NCBI GenBank assembly: GCA_038820405.1
Contig: JAWAXL010000001.1
Span: 1,208-65,207 of the forward strand
Origin: Candidatus Bathyarchaeia archaeon
Lineage (GTDB): Archaea; Thermoproteota; Bathyarchaeia; Bathyarchaeales; DTEX01
Direction: 5' to 3'
DNA: 64,000 bases
Of this stretch, positions 19,021 to 28,253 are shown in pieces. A program made the position numbers and the translations under genes. Each line of letters begins with the position of its first letter. The first letter of the stretch is position 1. The notes beneath the pieces were generated by a model. It made no database searches. It was not told the DNA's origin and saw only the letters and a program-made list of their open reading frames with translations.

Positions 19021-20547
19021 ATGATAATATGGGAGACCCTCATAGTTTTTCTAATATACTTTATTGTTAGCATGGTGGCTGTGGGGATATATACTCAGAG
19101 AAAATTCATTAAAAAGGGAATCGACTTTACAATAGCCAGCCGCACGTTGCCATGGTGGTTGATCGCCTCAGGCATCCTGCTAATACCATTCGGCATAGGC
19201 AACTCACTCTTAATAGCTGAGTCTTCATGGATATATGGTTCTTCCATACTTTGGTGGATGGTTGTGGGTTCAGCATTAACATGTGTAGTAGCTCTTATAG
19301 GTCCTGGAAGATGGTTCAGGCGAGTAGAAGCTGAAAGTTACCCGGATGCTCTTGCAAAGATATTTAAAGATGAACGCATGCGTATCATCGGAATTATGAC
19401 GAGCTACATGTGGGTTTTCGGCATCGCAACCTTAGAACTATTTGGATGCGCTGCCGCACTCTATGGACTTACTGGGCTCGATCTAACCTACTGTGTTCTC
19501 ATAGGCTTCCTCCTCTACTTCTTATACATCATATTTGGCGGAATGTTCCAGTATACTTATCTAAATATCTTGAACGTGATAGTCATCTATATTTGCATCG
19601 GCCTAACCTTCTTCGGCTTAAGTATGTGGATAGCGCCTATAGGCGGATGGGAGGGTGCGACCACACTCATCGCTGAGAAGATGGGTACATGGGCAACTAC
19701 CATGCTTCCACTTGAGAGACTAGGCGAAATGTTCTTAGCACTTTGGATCCCAATATTAGTCGCACATACAGCAGCAGTAGCATTTACAGGTCCTGTACCA
19801 CTAGTGACTCATGGAATGAAAAGTGAAAGGGAAGCTATTAAAGGATGGCCTATGGCGTTGCTTCTTAACGGGTATTGGGGCTGGCTATGGGTAATGCTTG
19901 GAATGCTAGCATTAGTTGTTCCTGCATCACTCTATGGGCCAATGGCTCCTGCCATTGAGGCGCTCAGGGCAGCTCCAGGAGTAACTGGAGCGGTGCCAGC
20001 TGCAATTATAACGGCGATTAGTACTGGAACAATTTCCTCTACAGCTGTCCTTATAGCGTTGATGGCGGCAACAATATCCACTGGCTCCGCCTGTGCCTTA
20101 TATATAGCCTCAAGCACCACAACTGACATTGTTAAGAGATATCTTAATCCAAATATTAGTGAGAGAAAGTTCATATGGCTCGTAAGGATTGTTGCTATAG
20201 GCATAATGGCCGCTGCCATTTGGGGAGCTCTGTTGCGTGGGTACCTACTTGGAGGATTCCTATGGATCTTCAGTTCAGCGATGCCAGTACTTATATATGT
20301 GCCATTAGCCTTCTTCTGGAGAAGAAACACTAATGCGGCTATAGCAACAACAATCATTAACTTCATTATTCTGTACATTTGGTTGATATTCTACCCAGCG
20401 TTGAGTCCTATGATGCCTTCTTGGATGCAGGCGCTTGGTTTCACCTATCCATCATTCATAGTCTCACTTATACTATACCCTGTACTAGCCTTGGCTCTCC
20501 CAGGAGGCAAGCCCGGATATCTAAAGGAGGAGAAACAGGAGGTGTAA
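19021..20547 (+). CDS. sodium:solute symporter (SSF) family transporter, paralog 2
   Basis: 508 aa and polytopic. About half its residues are identical by eye to 22243..23730 (for example ASRTLPWWL vs ASRTMPWWL, GNSLLIAESSWIYGS vs GNSLALSESSWIWGS). Confidence 0.75.
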   Translation: MIIWETLIVFLIYFIVSMVAVGIYTQRKFIKKGIDFTIASRTLPWWLIASGILLIPFGIGNSLLIAESSWIYGSSILWWMVVGSALTCVVALIGPGRWFRRVEAESYPDALAKIFKDERMRIIGIMTSYMWVFGIATLELFGCAAALYGLTGLDLTYCVLIGFLLYFLYIIFGGMFQYTYLNILNVIVIYICIGLTFFGLSMWIAPIGGWEGATTLIAEKMGTWATTMLPLERLGEMFLALWIPILVAHTAAVAFTGPVPLVTHGMKSEREAIKGWPMALLLNGYWGWLWVMLGMLALVVPASLYGPMAPAIEALRAAPGVTGAVPAAIITAISTGTISSTAVLIALMAATISTGSACALYIASSTTTDIVKRYLNPNISERKFIWLVRIVAIGIMAAAIWGALLRGYLLGGFLWIFSSAMPVLIYVPLAFFWRRNTNAAIATTIINFIILYIWLIFYPALSPMMPSWMQALGFTYPSFIVSLILYPVLALALPGGKPGYLKEEKQEV

Positions 20548-20553
20548 AATGAA

Positions 20554-20676
20554 ATGCCTGAGCTAATACTTCCATTACAACTATTCATTGAGCTAATGAT
20601 CCTTCTATGGGCAGTGAACATATGGTTTTATGTTGGATACAAGGTATGGAACAGATGGAGGGGAAAGAAGAAATGA
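20554..20676 (+). CDS. 40-aa single-TM micro-protein (VN[IM]WFY[IV]GY family)
   Basis: MPELILPLQLFIELMILLWAVNIWFYVGYKVWNRWRGKKK, starting 7 nt after the SSF stop. It is a clear homolog of 22120..22242. Not in the ORF track. Confidence 0.55.
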   Translation: MPELILPLQLFIELMILLWAVNIWFYVGYKVWNRWRGKKK

Positions 20677-20795
20677 TAGCGTGGGAATGGCTAATTGGAT
20701 GGGAAGGCTACCTGACATACGTATTCATAATCTCAACGATAATAGCCATCATAGCATATAAAAAGGGAAAAACTAGGCAATCTGGCGAGAAATAG
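20673..20795 (+). CDS. 40-aa single-TM micro-protein (MIAxEWLxxWEG family)
   Basis: MIAWEWLIGWEGYLTYVFIISTIIAIIAYKKGKTRQSGEK. ATGA overlap with the preceding micro-ORF. It is a homolog of 23820..23936. The track lists a longer 20607 start in the same frame. Confidence 0.55.
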   Translation: MIAWEWLIGWEGYLTYVFIISTIIAIIAYKKGKTRQSGEK

Positions 20796-21172
20796 GCCAT
20801 TAGTGAAATTCCAATTCACATATATCACATAAAAACCTCTTAAATTACCTCTCTTTTTTTAAAAATAAAAGAGTCAATTCTACTAATTTTGTTGATGGAT
20901 TTTTTAGGTCTCCATCCATTCATTTTATATCTACTTGACTTTTAGGGAAAGGTGCTGCGGGAGAAAGTGTACCTAACCTAATGGAGCCATGCAGACAAAT
21001 TAAACTACCTTTAAAGTGGAACTAATCTCATTTTAGCCCTTAAGAGGGTGCTGGGCGCCGTTCATCCGCATTTAGGCAAATTTGGCAAACCCCTATTTAA
21101 GATTTTACAGTAAATACTTAAAGCGGATTGTATTAAAATTACTTTTAACTAACTTCGCCAAAGGAAACTGTA

Positions 21173-22042
21173 ATGATTGGTGTAATCTTAGCTCTGATTA
21201 CAGCGTTCATCTATGGCTTATCTGTTGTTCTTATTCGAGAAAGAATTAGTGAATCAAATTATTTATCGGTTGCAGTAGTTCTCTCATTAATTGGCAACAT
21301 TATTCTTTGGCCCCTCACACTAACACTCATAAATCTAAGAAACGTTAATATTCAAAGCATTCCATTCTTCATCATAGCAGGGATATTTTCCCCTGGGATC
21401 GGTAGAATATTCTATTATAAAGGCATGGAAAAACTCGGTGTCTCTATAAATGCATCCATTTATGCGACTTACCCGCTGTTTAGTTCAATATTAGCAACAC
21501 TGTTGCTTGGAGAAATTGTAACGCCGAATGTCTGGCTTGGAATAATAGCAATAATGCTTGGGGTTATATTCATTGAGAGAAGCATCGCTAGACCCCCCAA
21601 TATTAAGACTAAACCTATTTCTAGGAAAGGCTTAATCTTCCCATTTCTTGCATCTATAATAATGGCTCTATCTTATCTCTCCAGAAAATATGGATTAAAT
21701 ATTTGTAGTGAACCCCTATTAGGTGTTACAATAGGGTATTCTTCAGCCCTACTTTCACAACTTCTAGTCTCAAGATTGCTTAGAATGCCGTTACTTCCAT
21801 CCTTTAAAGATATACACCTATTCTGGAGACCTGGCGTTCTCCTAATCTTAGGATGGACATCAGCTACCTATGCGTTAAATTATGAGAAAGTTTCTGTTAT
21901 AACTACCATTATACAAGTAGAGCCATTGTTCATCCTCTTTCTAACTTTTTTGAAGCTTAGAGAATTGGAGAGAATATCAACAAAGGTTGTCATAGGTACA
22001 ATTTTAATAGTTATAGGAGTCTCACTTGTCACGCTGAAATAA
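21173..22042 (+). CDS. EamA/DMT family permease
   Basis: 289 aa with 10 hydrophobic segments in two repeated halves, typical of drug/metabolite transporters. Confidence 0.8.
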   Translation: MIGVILALITAFIYGLSVVLIRERISESNYLSVAVVLSLIGNIILWPLTLTLINLRNVNIQSIPFFIIAGIFSPGIGRIFYYKGMEKLGVSINASIYATYPLFSSILATLLLGEIVTPNVWLGIIAIMLGVIFIERSIARPPNIKTKPISRKGLIFPFLASIIMALSYLSRKYGLNICSEPLLGVTIGYSSALLSQLLVSRLLRMPLLPSFKDIHLFWRPGVLLILGWTSATYALNYEKVSVITTIIQVEPLFILFLTFLKLRELERISTKVVIGTILIVIGVSLVTLK

Positions 22043-22119
22043 TCTTCTTTAAAGAAGAGACTTAAATTTCTGCACGCATAAAAAGGTTAAGGTGATATGG
22101 AAAAGTTAAGAGAATTGCT

Positions 22120-22242
22120 TTATTCGCTTTCCTTTTTAGGAGACTTCTTCCTTCTCTTATTTATTAAGTATCCAATGTAGAACCACATGTTTACTATTAT
22201 GAGTAGAGCAAGGAGTTCGAGTCCTATCCAGAGATGCCACAT
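22120..22242 (-). CDS. 40-aa single-TM micro-protein (VN[IM]WFY[IV]GY family)
   Basis: MWHLWIGLELLALLIIVNMWFYIGYLINKRRKKSPKKESE. Its ATG directly abuts the TAA stop of the symporter 22243..23730. Not in the ORF track. Confidence 0.55.
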   Translation of the reverse strand: MWHLWIGLELLALLIIVNMWFYIGYLINKRRKKSPKKESE

Positions 22243-23730
22243 TTACCTACCCCTCCTAGATATGAGGGTTAGTATTGGATATAGTATAACAGAAACTATG
22301 GATTGAGGATAGACGATTCCAAGCGGTGGGTGGAGCCAAACGGGCAGGGTAGCCATTATGGCTGGACCGAATAGCACCCACAATATAGATACAATCCATG
22401 CGATTATCACTGTGGTCGCCGCTGCCGTAGAGTTTCTCCTCCACCCGAGACCATACAGGGTTACGAGAAACACTGGTATCGAGAAGCTAAATATGTATAT
22501 GAAGCCCCCCATTAGAAATGGACGAATAACCGCTCCCAGCATACTAATTGCTAGTATGCAAAGTGTCAGTGCTCTTAATAGTCTTAGGAGTCCTTTATCA
22601 CTAATATTTGGTTTGATGAAGGGTTTAACTATGTCAACCGAGATCCATGTTGATCCAGTAATAGCGAGTATGCCGCCAGTGGATATTGTTGCCGCCATCA
22701 GCGCAATGAAAAATCCGGTGACAGCAGGAACGCCTGCAGAGACAAGACTAAACAGTGTGGCAGGTACAGCCCCTGCCGTACCTGCAGCTCTTAGCATAGA
22801 AATAAGTCCAGATAGTGGACCATAAAGGAAAAGAGGTACGCTGATGGCAATTAAACCGACCACGGTCCAACTATACCCCCAAAATCCGTTGAGAAGCAAT
22901 GCGGGCAACCAACCTTTCACAACTTCTTTTTCACTTCTAGCTCCTAGAACAGGCTGAGTACAAATAGGGACGACTGCACATGTATGCGCAAGTAATATAG
23001 GAATTACCAGACAAGCGAATAAGGGCGCAAGCATTTCAGGTGGGGCAATATGCAGACTCCAGGGCCCCATTGTTTCTTCAATATAACTAGAGACTCCCGC
23101 AATTCCACCCACCGGCCCAAGCCAAGAGTTAATTTGCCACATCCCTACGGCTAATCCAGCATATACAACAAATATGTTTATGAAATTCAGTATTGAATAT
23201 TGTAACATGCCACCAAGTATCACGTAAAGTGCGTACAAGCAAAATGCAATTATGACACAATATTCGATTGGAAGACCTAGTAGAGCGTAGAAAATACTGC
23301 TACAGGCGAACATTTCTAGGCTTGCTATAGCTATGGTAGTTACTGTGACCGCGGCTGATGAAAGAATCCTAAATCTGTCATCAAAAACCTTGCCTGCTGC
23401 TTCATGAGGTGTTTCAGCACCTAATCTTCTAGCCCATCTTCCATACCCAACGAATGCGGCTACTAATGTTAAGCCTGAACCTACTATCATCCACCATAAT
23501 ACGCCAGATCCCCATATCCATGATGACTCGGAGAGAGCTAGTGAGTTACCTACACCGAAAGGCAGGAGTATAGCTCCGAACATCACAAGCCACCACGGCA
23601 TTGTGCGCGATGCTACGGTGTAATCGATGCTTTTCCTAATATACTTCCTATTAACATAGATGCCTATTGCGGTCAATGAAATGAAGAAGTAAAGTAGTGT
23701 TGCTATCAGTGGAATAATAATTTCTTGCAT
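22243..23730 (-). CDS. sodium:solute symporter (SSF) family transporter, paralog 3
   Basis: 495 aa, a close paralog of 19021..20547 in inverted orientation. Confidence 0.75.
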   Translation of the reverse strand: MQEIIIPLIATLLYFFISLTAIGIYVNRKYIRKSIDYTVASRTMPWWLVMFGAILLPFGVGNSLALSESSWIWGSGVLWWMIVGSGLTLVAAFVGYGRWARRLGAETPHEAAGKVFDDRFRILSSAAVTVTTIAIASLEMFACSSIFYALLGLPIEYCVIIAFCLYALYVILGGMLQYSILNFINIFVVYAGLAVGMWQINSWLGPVGGIAGVSSYIEETMGPWSLHIAPPEMLAPLFACLVIPILLAHTCAVVPICTQPVLGARSEKEVVKGWLPALLLNGFWGYSWTVVGLIAISVPLFLYGPLSGLISMLRAAGTAGAVPATLFSLVSAGVPAVTGFFIALMAATISTGGILAITGSTWISVDIVKPFIKPNISDKGLLRLLRALTLCILAISMLGAVIRPFLMGGFIYIFSFSIPVFLVTLYGLGWRRNSTAAATTVIIAWIVSILWVLFGPAIMATLPVWLHPPLGIVYPQSIVSVILYPILTLISRRGR

Positions 23731-23819
23731 GTTGTGTATGTTTACTTGAAGATATATTTAACTTTTACGCTATAGTTAAAGCAAATTTTAAATATTGATA
23801 AGAAAAATATTTATTATTC

Positions 23820-23936
23820 ATGATAGCAACAGAATGGCTACTTGCTTGGGAAGGCATGTACACTTACATACTAATAATCATTGTGGCGGTAGGTCTTCTT
23901 TTTCTTAGAAAAAGAAAGCAACAAAAGCAGTTATAG
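23820..23936 (+). CDS. 38-aa single-TM micro-protein (MIAxEWLxxWEG family)
   Basis: MIATEWLLAWEGMYTYILIIIVAVGLLFLRKRKQQKQL. It is divergent from symporter paralog 3 and a homolog of 20673..20795. Not in the ORF track. Confidence 0.5.
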   Translation: MIATEWLLAWEGMYTYILIIIVAVGLLFLRKRKQQKQL

Positions 23937-24322
23937 GAAGAGGTTCTAAACTTTAGCTCTGAAAGCACTTGGGCATAGAAGGGTAAAAACACGTTAATTT
24001 ACACATACCTCAATGAATTTTGAGAATGATAAATGTTATTTGGTCTACATATTTTATATCCTCGTCAGTAATAAAAAAATCTACTAATTTCATTCCTACA
24101 ACCTCTGATAATTATTTTCCATTTCATCAATCAATTTTTTCATCTATTCTAAGACGCTTAACATTAAAACATTTTTAATTGAATAAAAAGGCTTGAAACT
24201 AATGCAAAAGAGACGAAAACTGAATTTGCTAAGTAGTTTGAGACAAAACGTGTCGCTAAGAAACAGTAGGCTTGCTATCAATATTATCTTCTAGGATGAA
24301 AAGGGAATTGAACTCGGAGAAC

Positions 24323-24418
24323 TGGTGCCGCGGGCCGGACTTGAACCGGCGACAGCCCGGTTTCAGGGATCATCCTTTTCTCTTCAGCCGGGTGCTCTCC
24401 CAACTGAGCTACCGCGGC
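24323..24418 (-). tRNA. tRNA-Phe(GAA) with 20-nt canonical-position intron, CCA encoded
   Basis: Hand-folded as GCCGCGG TA GCTC AGTTGGGA GAGC A CCCGG CTGAAG[AGAAAAGGATGATCCCTGAA]A CCGGG CTGTC GCCGG TTCAAGT CCGGC CCGCGGC A CCA. All stems are Watson-Crick. Confidence 0.9.
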
Positions 24419-24529
24419 CTATTCAAAAATAAGTATTTGGATAAGCCTTTTATAAAATTTTTGGATTTACTCTCAGAAAAATATTTTTGAGTATCTATCT
24501 TTTTGTATAGAAGCTGCTGAGGAGGGGCC

Positions 24530-25888
24530 TTGAGCGGGGTACTTACGGATAAACTTGGGTGGATTCTTGATTCCTCTTTGAGAATGCTTGAGAAGTATCC
24601 TTTATGTGATAATTGTTTGGGTAGACAGTTCGCTCTCCTTGGCTTTGGCATTGATAATTCTGAGAGGGGCAAATCAATAAAGATGTTACTTACAATGACT
24701 GCTCATGAAATGGTCCTCTCCACGGAGGAGGCTGCGAGTGAAATAGGAGTAAAGACTCTAAAAATCTTAGCGACGCGCGGCTCTTTTAGTGTAGCACGCA
24801 ACATACTCAACAAAATGAGGAGGAGAGTGGGTGAGGAGGAGAGATGCTTCTTATGTGAGGATTACCTTAAAAGTCTTAAACCTATAATTGATCGAGCTAT
24901 CGAGGAAGTTAAAGAGTATGAGTTCAATAATTTTCTCGTCGGCATTAAACTTCCAGTTGAAGTTGAAGAGCGTGAAGATGAATTTAAGGCTGAATTCGGC
25001 GTCCAGTATGGCGAGAGTCTTAAGAATGAGATGAGCAGAATTATTGGTAAAGAGATCTCGCAAAGACTTGGCAAGTCAGTTGATTACATGAAGCCTCAGA
25101 TCGTCATCCTCATAAACCCCTTTACAGAGGATATTGACTTACAAGTTAACTCACTTTTTATAGTTGGCAGATATAAGAAGCTTATTCGTGGCATACCACA
25201 GTCAAAGTGGATTTGTGTCAAGTGTGGTGGGAAGGGTTGCGCTAGGTGCAATTGGACTGGAAAAATGTATCCTGAGTCTGTTGAGGAGCTCATTGCTAAG
25301 CCCATACTTGAGGCGACACTTGGGGAAGGGACTGCCTTCCATGCGGCTGGGCGCGAGGATAGGGATGCCCTCATGCTTGGAGATGGTAGACCTTTTGTAA
25401 TAGAGATTAGGAGGCCTAAGAAGAGAAATATAGACTTAAAGAATCTAGAGAATACAATTAATGAGTATGCTAGGGGCAAAGTTGAGGTGCTAGACCTCAG
25501 GTTTGGAGATAAAGATGATGTAAGGAAACTTAAAAATATGGAGAGTGCCCAGAAAATTTATAGAGTTATTGTTAAATTCGATAAGGAGATAACTGATGAA
25601 GAAATAGCGAAATTAGAGAGAGAGCTAAACGGAGTAACAGTTTACCAACGTACTCCACATAGAGTACTGCACCGCCGGGCAGACCGCTTGAGAGAGAAAT
25701 ATATATATGAAGTGAAGATAAAGAGGTTATCAGCAGATAGTGTTGAAATGATAGTGAGATGCCAAGGAGGCTTATATGTGAAGGAACTGGTGACTGGGGA
25801 TGATGGAAGAACGGAGCCTAATGTCTCAAGCATAGTTAATGCTAAGGCAGAGCCTCTGGAATTAGATGTTCTGAGAGTTATATTTTAG
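24530..25888 (+). CDS. pus10: tRNA pseudouridine(54/55) synthase Pus10
   Basis: 452 aa. N-terminal Zn ribbon (CDNCLGRQF .. CFLCE), a second Cys cluster CVKCGGKGCARC, and a C-terminal pseudouridine synthase core (RTPHRVLHRRADRLR). Confidence 0.85.
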   Translation: MSGVLTDKLGWILDSSLRMLEKYPLCDNCLGRQFALLGFGIDNSERGKSIKMLLTMTAHEMVLSTEEAASEIGVKTLKILATRGSFSVARNILNKMRRRVGEEERCFLCEDYLKSLKPIIDRAIEEVKEYEFNNFLVGIKLPVEVEEREDEFKAEFGVQYGESLKNEMSRIIGKEISQRLGKSVDYMKPQIVILINPFTEDIDLQVNSLFIVGRYKKLIRGIPQSKWICVKCGGKGCARCNWTGKMYPESVEELIAKPILEATLGEGTAFHAAGREDRDALMLGDGRPFVIEIRRPKKRNIDLKNLENTINEYARGKVEVLDLRFGDKDDVRKLKNMESAQKIYRVIVKFDKEITDEEIAKLERELNGVTVYQRTPHRVLHRRADRLREKYIYEVKIKRLSADSVEMIVRCQGGLYVKELVTGDDGRTEPNVSSIVNAKAEPLELDVLRVIF

Positions 25889-25896
25889 GGGGAGTT

Positions 25897-26190
25897 ATGA
25901 TGCCCATATCACATGGATATCGTAGGAAAACCCGCGCCCTCATGAGTAAGAGTCCCAGAGATAAGGGTAAGAGTCCACTGAGTAGGTTATTATATGAATA
26001 TAGACCCGGAGACAAGATAGTTATTGACATAGACCCGAGTGTACATAAGGGCATGCCCCACCGTAGGTACCAAGGCAGAGTTGGCGTAATAATTGGTAAA
26101 AGGGGAAAGTCATATGAAATAGAGGTGAGTCAGGGAGACGTTACTAAAGTGATAATCGCGAGGCCTGAGCATTTAAAGCCACTCACATGA
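25897..26190 (+). CDS. rpl21e: 50S ribosomal protein L21e
   Basis: SHGYRRKTR..., GDKIVIDIDPSVHKGMPHRRYQGRVGVI is the L21e signature region. Confidence 0.9.
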   Translation: MMPISHGYRRKTRALMSKSPRDKGKSPLSRLLYEYRPGDKIVIDIDPSVHKGMPHRRYQGRVGVIIGKRGKSYEIEVSQGDVTKVIIARPEHLKPLT

Positions 26191-26212
26191 TGGGCAAACG
26201 TATGGTGAAACA

Positions 26213-26545
26213 ATGCCTAGAAGAATAATTAAGATGAGACCATTAACAATCCCAGAGGTTAAAGCAATCCTTGAATCTCTAGGTGAAGAGAATATGGATC
26301 AATTTCAGCGTAGAACTCTTGACTATGTAACAAAGATGTCATACTTGGATTCAGAGGGCGCAAAGAGACTCTTTGATGAATTAAAGATGGAGGGGATATT
26401 AGAGGACGAAGAAATTGTTCAAGTAGTGAACATTATGCCTAAAAGTATTGAAGAGCTAAGAACAATTCTGGCTGGGGGGCGAAGAATAATTGAAAGCCAA
26501 ACACTGGAAAAAATTTTAAGTATTTTAGATAAATATAGAAGATAG
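26213..26545 (+). CDS. rpo4: DNA-directed RNA polymerase subunit Rpo4/F
   Basis: 110 aa with Rpb4/RpoF-like helical sequence. It occupies the conserved archaeal position between L21e and DUF655/KsgA. Confidence 0.75.
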   Translation: MPRRIIKMRPLTIPEVKAILESLGEENMDQFQRRTLDYVTKMSYLDSEGAKRLFDELKMEGILEDEEIVQVVNIMPKSIEELRTILAGGRRIIESQTLEKILSILDKYRR

Positions 26546-26678
26546 ATAATTGTTGCAGAATAAAGGTTAGGGGTTTCTGAGGTTCGATTCGGTGGGGAAA
26601 GTGAGGAGTATAAAATTTGTCTCCCTTAGCAAAGCTTCTTAGGTCTAGGATTACATGTATGATAACTAAGTTATAGTT

Positions 26679-27296
26679 TTGCAGGAGAGGAAAACTCGTA
26701 TGGAGCGCAGGGAAAAGGGAGCACAACAAATTTATGAGGAGTACGCCTACATATTAGATTTTCTTCTATATGGAAGACCAAATTTAAGGTTAAAGCATAG
26801 GGGAGGAGCTATTGTCCAACTGATTGGTGAAAAATATTTTACTTTGCTTGAGGCGGTAGCAAAAGAGGGAATCGTATTAAAGCCTTCTGAAAGAGTTTAT
26901 ATTGGAAAGGACTACAGAAGAGAAATATTATATATAATTGGTAAGATCACCTATGAGGAGCTAACCGCAAACGCAAAATTGGAACTCGAGAACATAGTGG
27001 AAAAAATTATCTTAAGAAGAGAGGAATATTTTGTCGATTTTTTTAATTCTGCGAGACCAATAACTCCTAGAATGCACGCCCTTGAGCTTATTCCTGGTAT
27101 AGGAAAGAAGTATATGTGGAAGATTGTAGATGAGAGGGAGAAGAAGCCATTTGAGAGTTTTCAGGACTTGCAGAGACGTGTGAATATACCTAATCCAGCA
27201 AAACTCATAGCCAAGAGGGTTTTAGAGGAGCTCTCAACAGATAGTAAATATAAGCTTTTCACAAGACCTCAGAGCATAAGGATAAGTGAAACATAG
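26679..27296 (+). CDS. DUF655 family putative RNA-binding protein
   Basis: EEYAYILDFL.. N-terminus and C-terminal HhH-like LELIPGIGKK. It is the conserved neighbour of ksgA in archaea. ATG 26700 is the likelier start. Confidence 0.7.
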   Translation: MQERKTRMERREKGAQQIYEEYAYILDFLLYGRPNLRLKHRGGAIVQLIGEKYFTLLEAVAKEGIVLKPSERVYIGKDYRREILYIIGKITYEELTANAKLELENIVEKIILRREEYFVDFFNSARPITPRMHALELIPGIGKKYMWKIVDEREKKPFESFQDLQRRVNIPNPAKLIAKRVLEELSTDSKYKLFTRPQSIRISET

Positions 27297-28135
27297 TGGA
27301 TATTCTTAAAGAAGTGAAAGAAATATTAATGACATATAAAATACGGCCGAGAAGAAAACTCGGCCAAAATTTCTTAGTTAATGAGAAAATTCTTGACAAA
27401 CTGATTTCTTATGCTTCTGTCAATGAGGGCGATACTGTTTTGGAGGTTGGGGCTGGGCTTGGTTTCCTTACAGAACGCCTTGCAAAGATATCTAGGCAGG
27501 TAATAGCCGTAGAAATTGACCCAATTCTAGTTAGGACTCTTATACATCGCTTAAGTGGCTATAAGAATGTTATTGTATTAAGGGGTGATATATTGGAAAT
27601 GGAGAGGTTGCCTCCCTTTAATAAGGTTGTCTCCATCCCACCATACTCGATCTCATCACCATTAATCTTCTGGCTCTTGGGGAGAAGCTTTGATTGCGCC
27701 GTATTAACATTCCAAGAGGAGTTTGGAAAGCGTTTAGTAGCAAAGCCCGGCACAAGAGATTATGGGAGACTCACCGTTTCCGTCTATTATTATGCTGAGG
27801 TTGAGTTATTAGACTTCATCCCAAGAGAGAGTTTTTGGCCCATACCTAAGGTGAACTCAGTAATTATGCGTTTAAGACCCAGAAAACCACCCTTCTCCAT
27901 TAAAGATGAGAAAGCCTTCTTCAACTTCATTCGCGTAGTTTTCACACAAAAAAACAAGAAGCTCAAAAATGCTATTATAACATTTCTTAATAATGTTGGT
28001 ATACTAAAATACGCTTATCCTAATCTAATTGACTCCATACCCTTTCATAATAGGAGGGTCAAAGAGATGAGTCCGGAGGAACTCGCATTAGTATTCAATG
28101 ATTTAATTAGAGTACTGTATAAGATGAACTCTTAG
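27296..28135 (+). CDS. rsmA: 16S rRNA (adenine1518/1519-N6)-dimethyltransferase KsgA/Dim1
   Basis: LGQNFLVNEKILDKL and the SAM motif VLEVGAGLGFLT. The GTG start overlaps the DUF655 stop by 1 nt. Confidence 0.9.
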   Translation: MDILKEVKEILMTYKIRPRRKLGQNFLVNEKILDKLISYASVNEGDTVLEVGAGLGFLTERLAKISRQVIAVEIDPILVRTLIHRLSGYKNVIVLRGDILEMERLPPFNKVVSIPPYSISSPLIFWLLGRSFDCAVLTFQEEFGKRLVAKPGTRDYGRLTVSVYYYAEVELLDFIPRESFWPIPKVNSVIMRLRPRKPPFSIKDEKAFFNFIRVVFTQKNKKLKNAIITFLNNVGILKYAYPNLIDSIPFHNRRVKEMSPEELALVFNDLIRVLYKMNS

Positions 28136-28253
28136 TCTTAAGGCTCAAGACACATCAAATGTATAAGCATCCCATCAATAAAGTTTTATAAAAGATCATC
28201 TTTTTTGACATGAAACAAAAATTTATTCCAGCGGTAGGTGAATAATTGAGAAG

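Noticed and set aside
22243-24418. The idea that the 24-kb island is a tRNA-Phe-integrated mobile element
   Set aside because: There is no integrase. I found no direct repeat of the tRNA 3' end, and the left boundary is outside the window. I keep it only as a boundary observation.
24272-24672. Track ORFs 24272..24490(+) and 24409..24672(-)
   Set aside because: They overlap the hand-folded tRNA-Phe gene and its flanks, so they are spurious.
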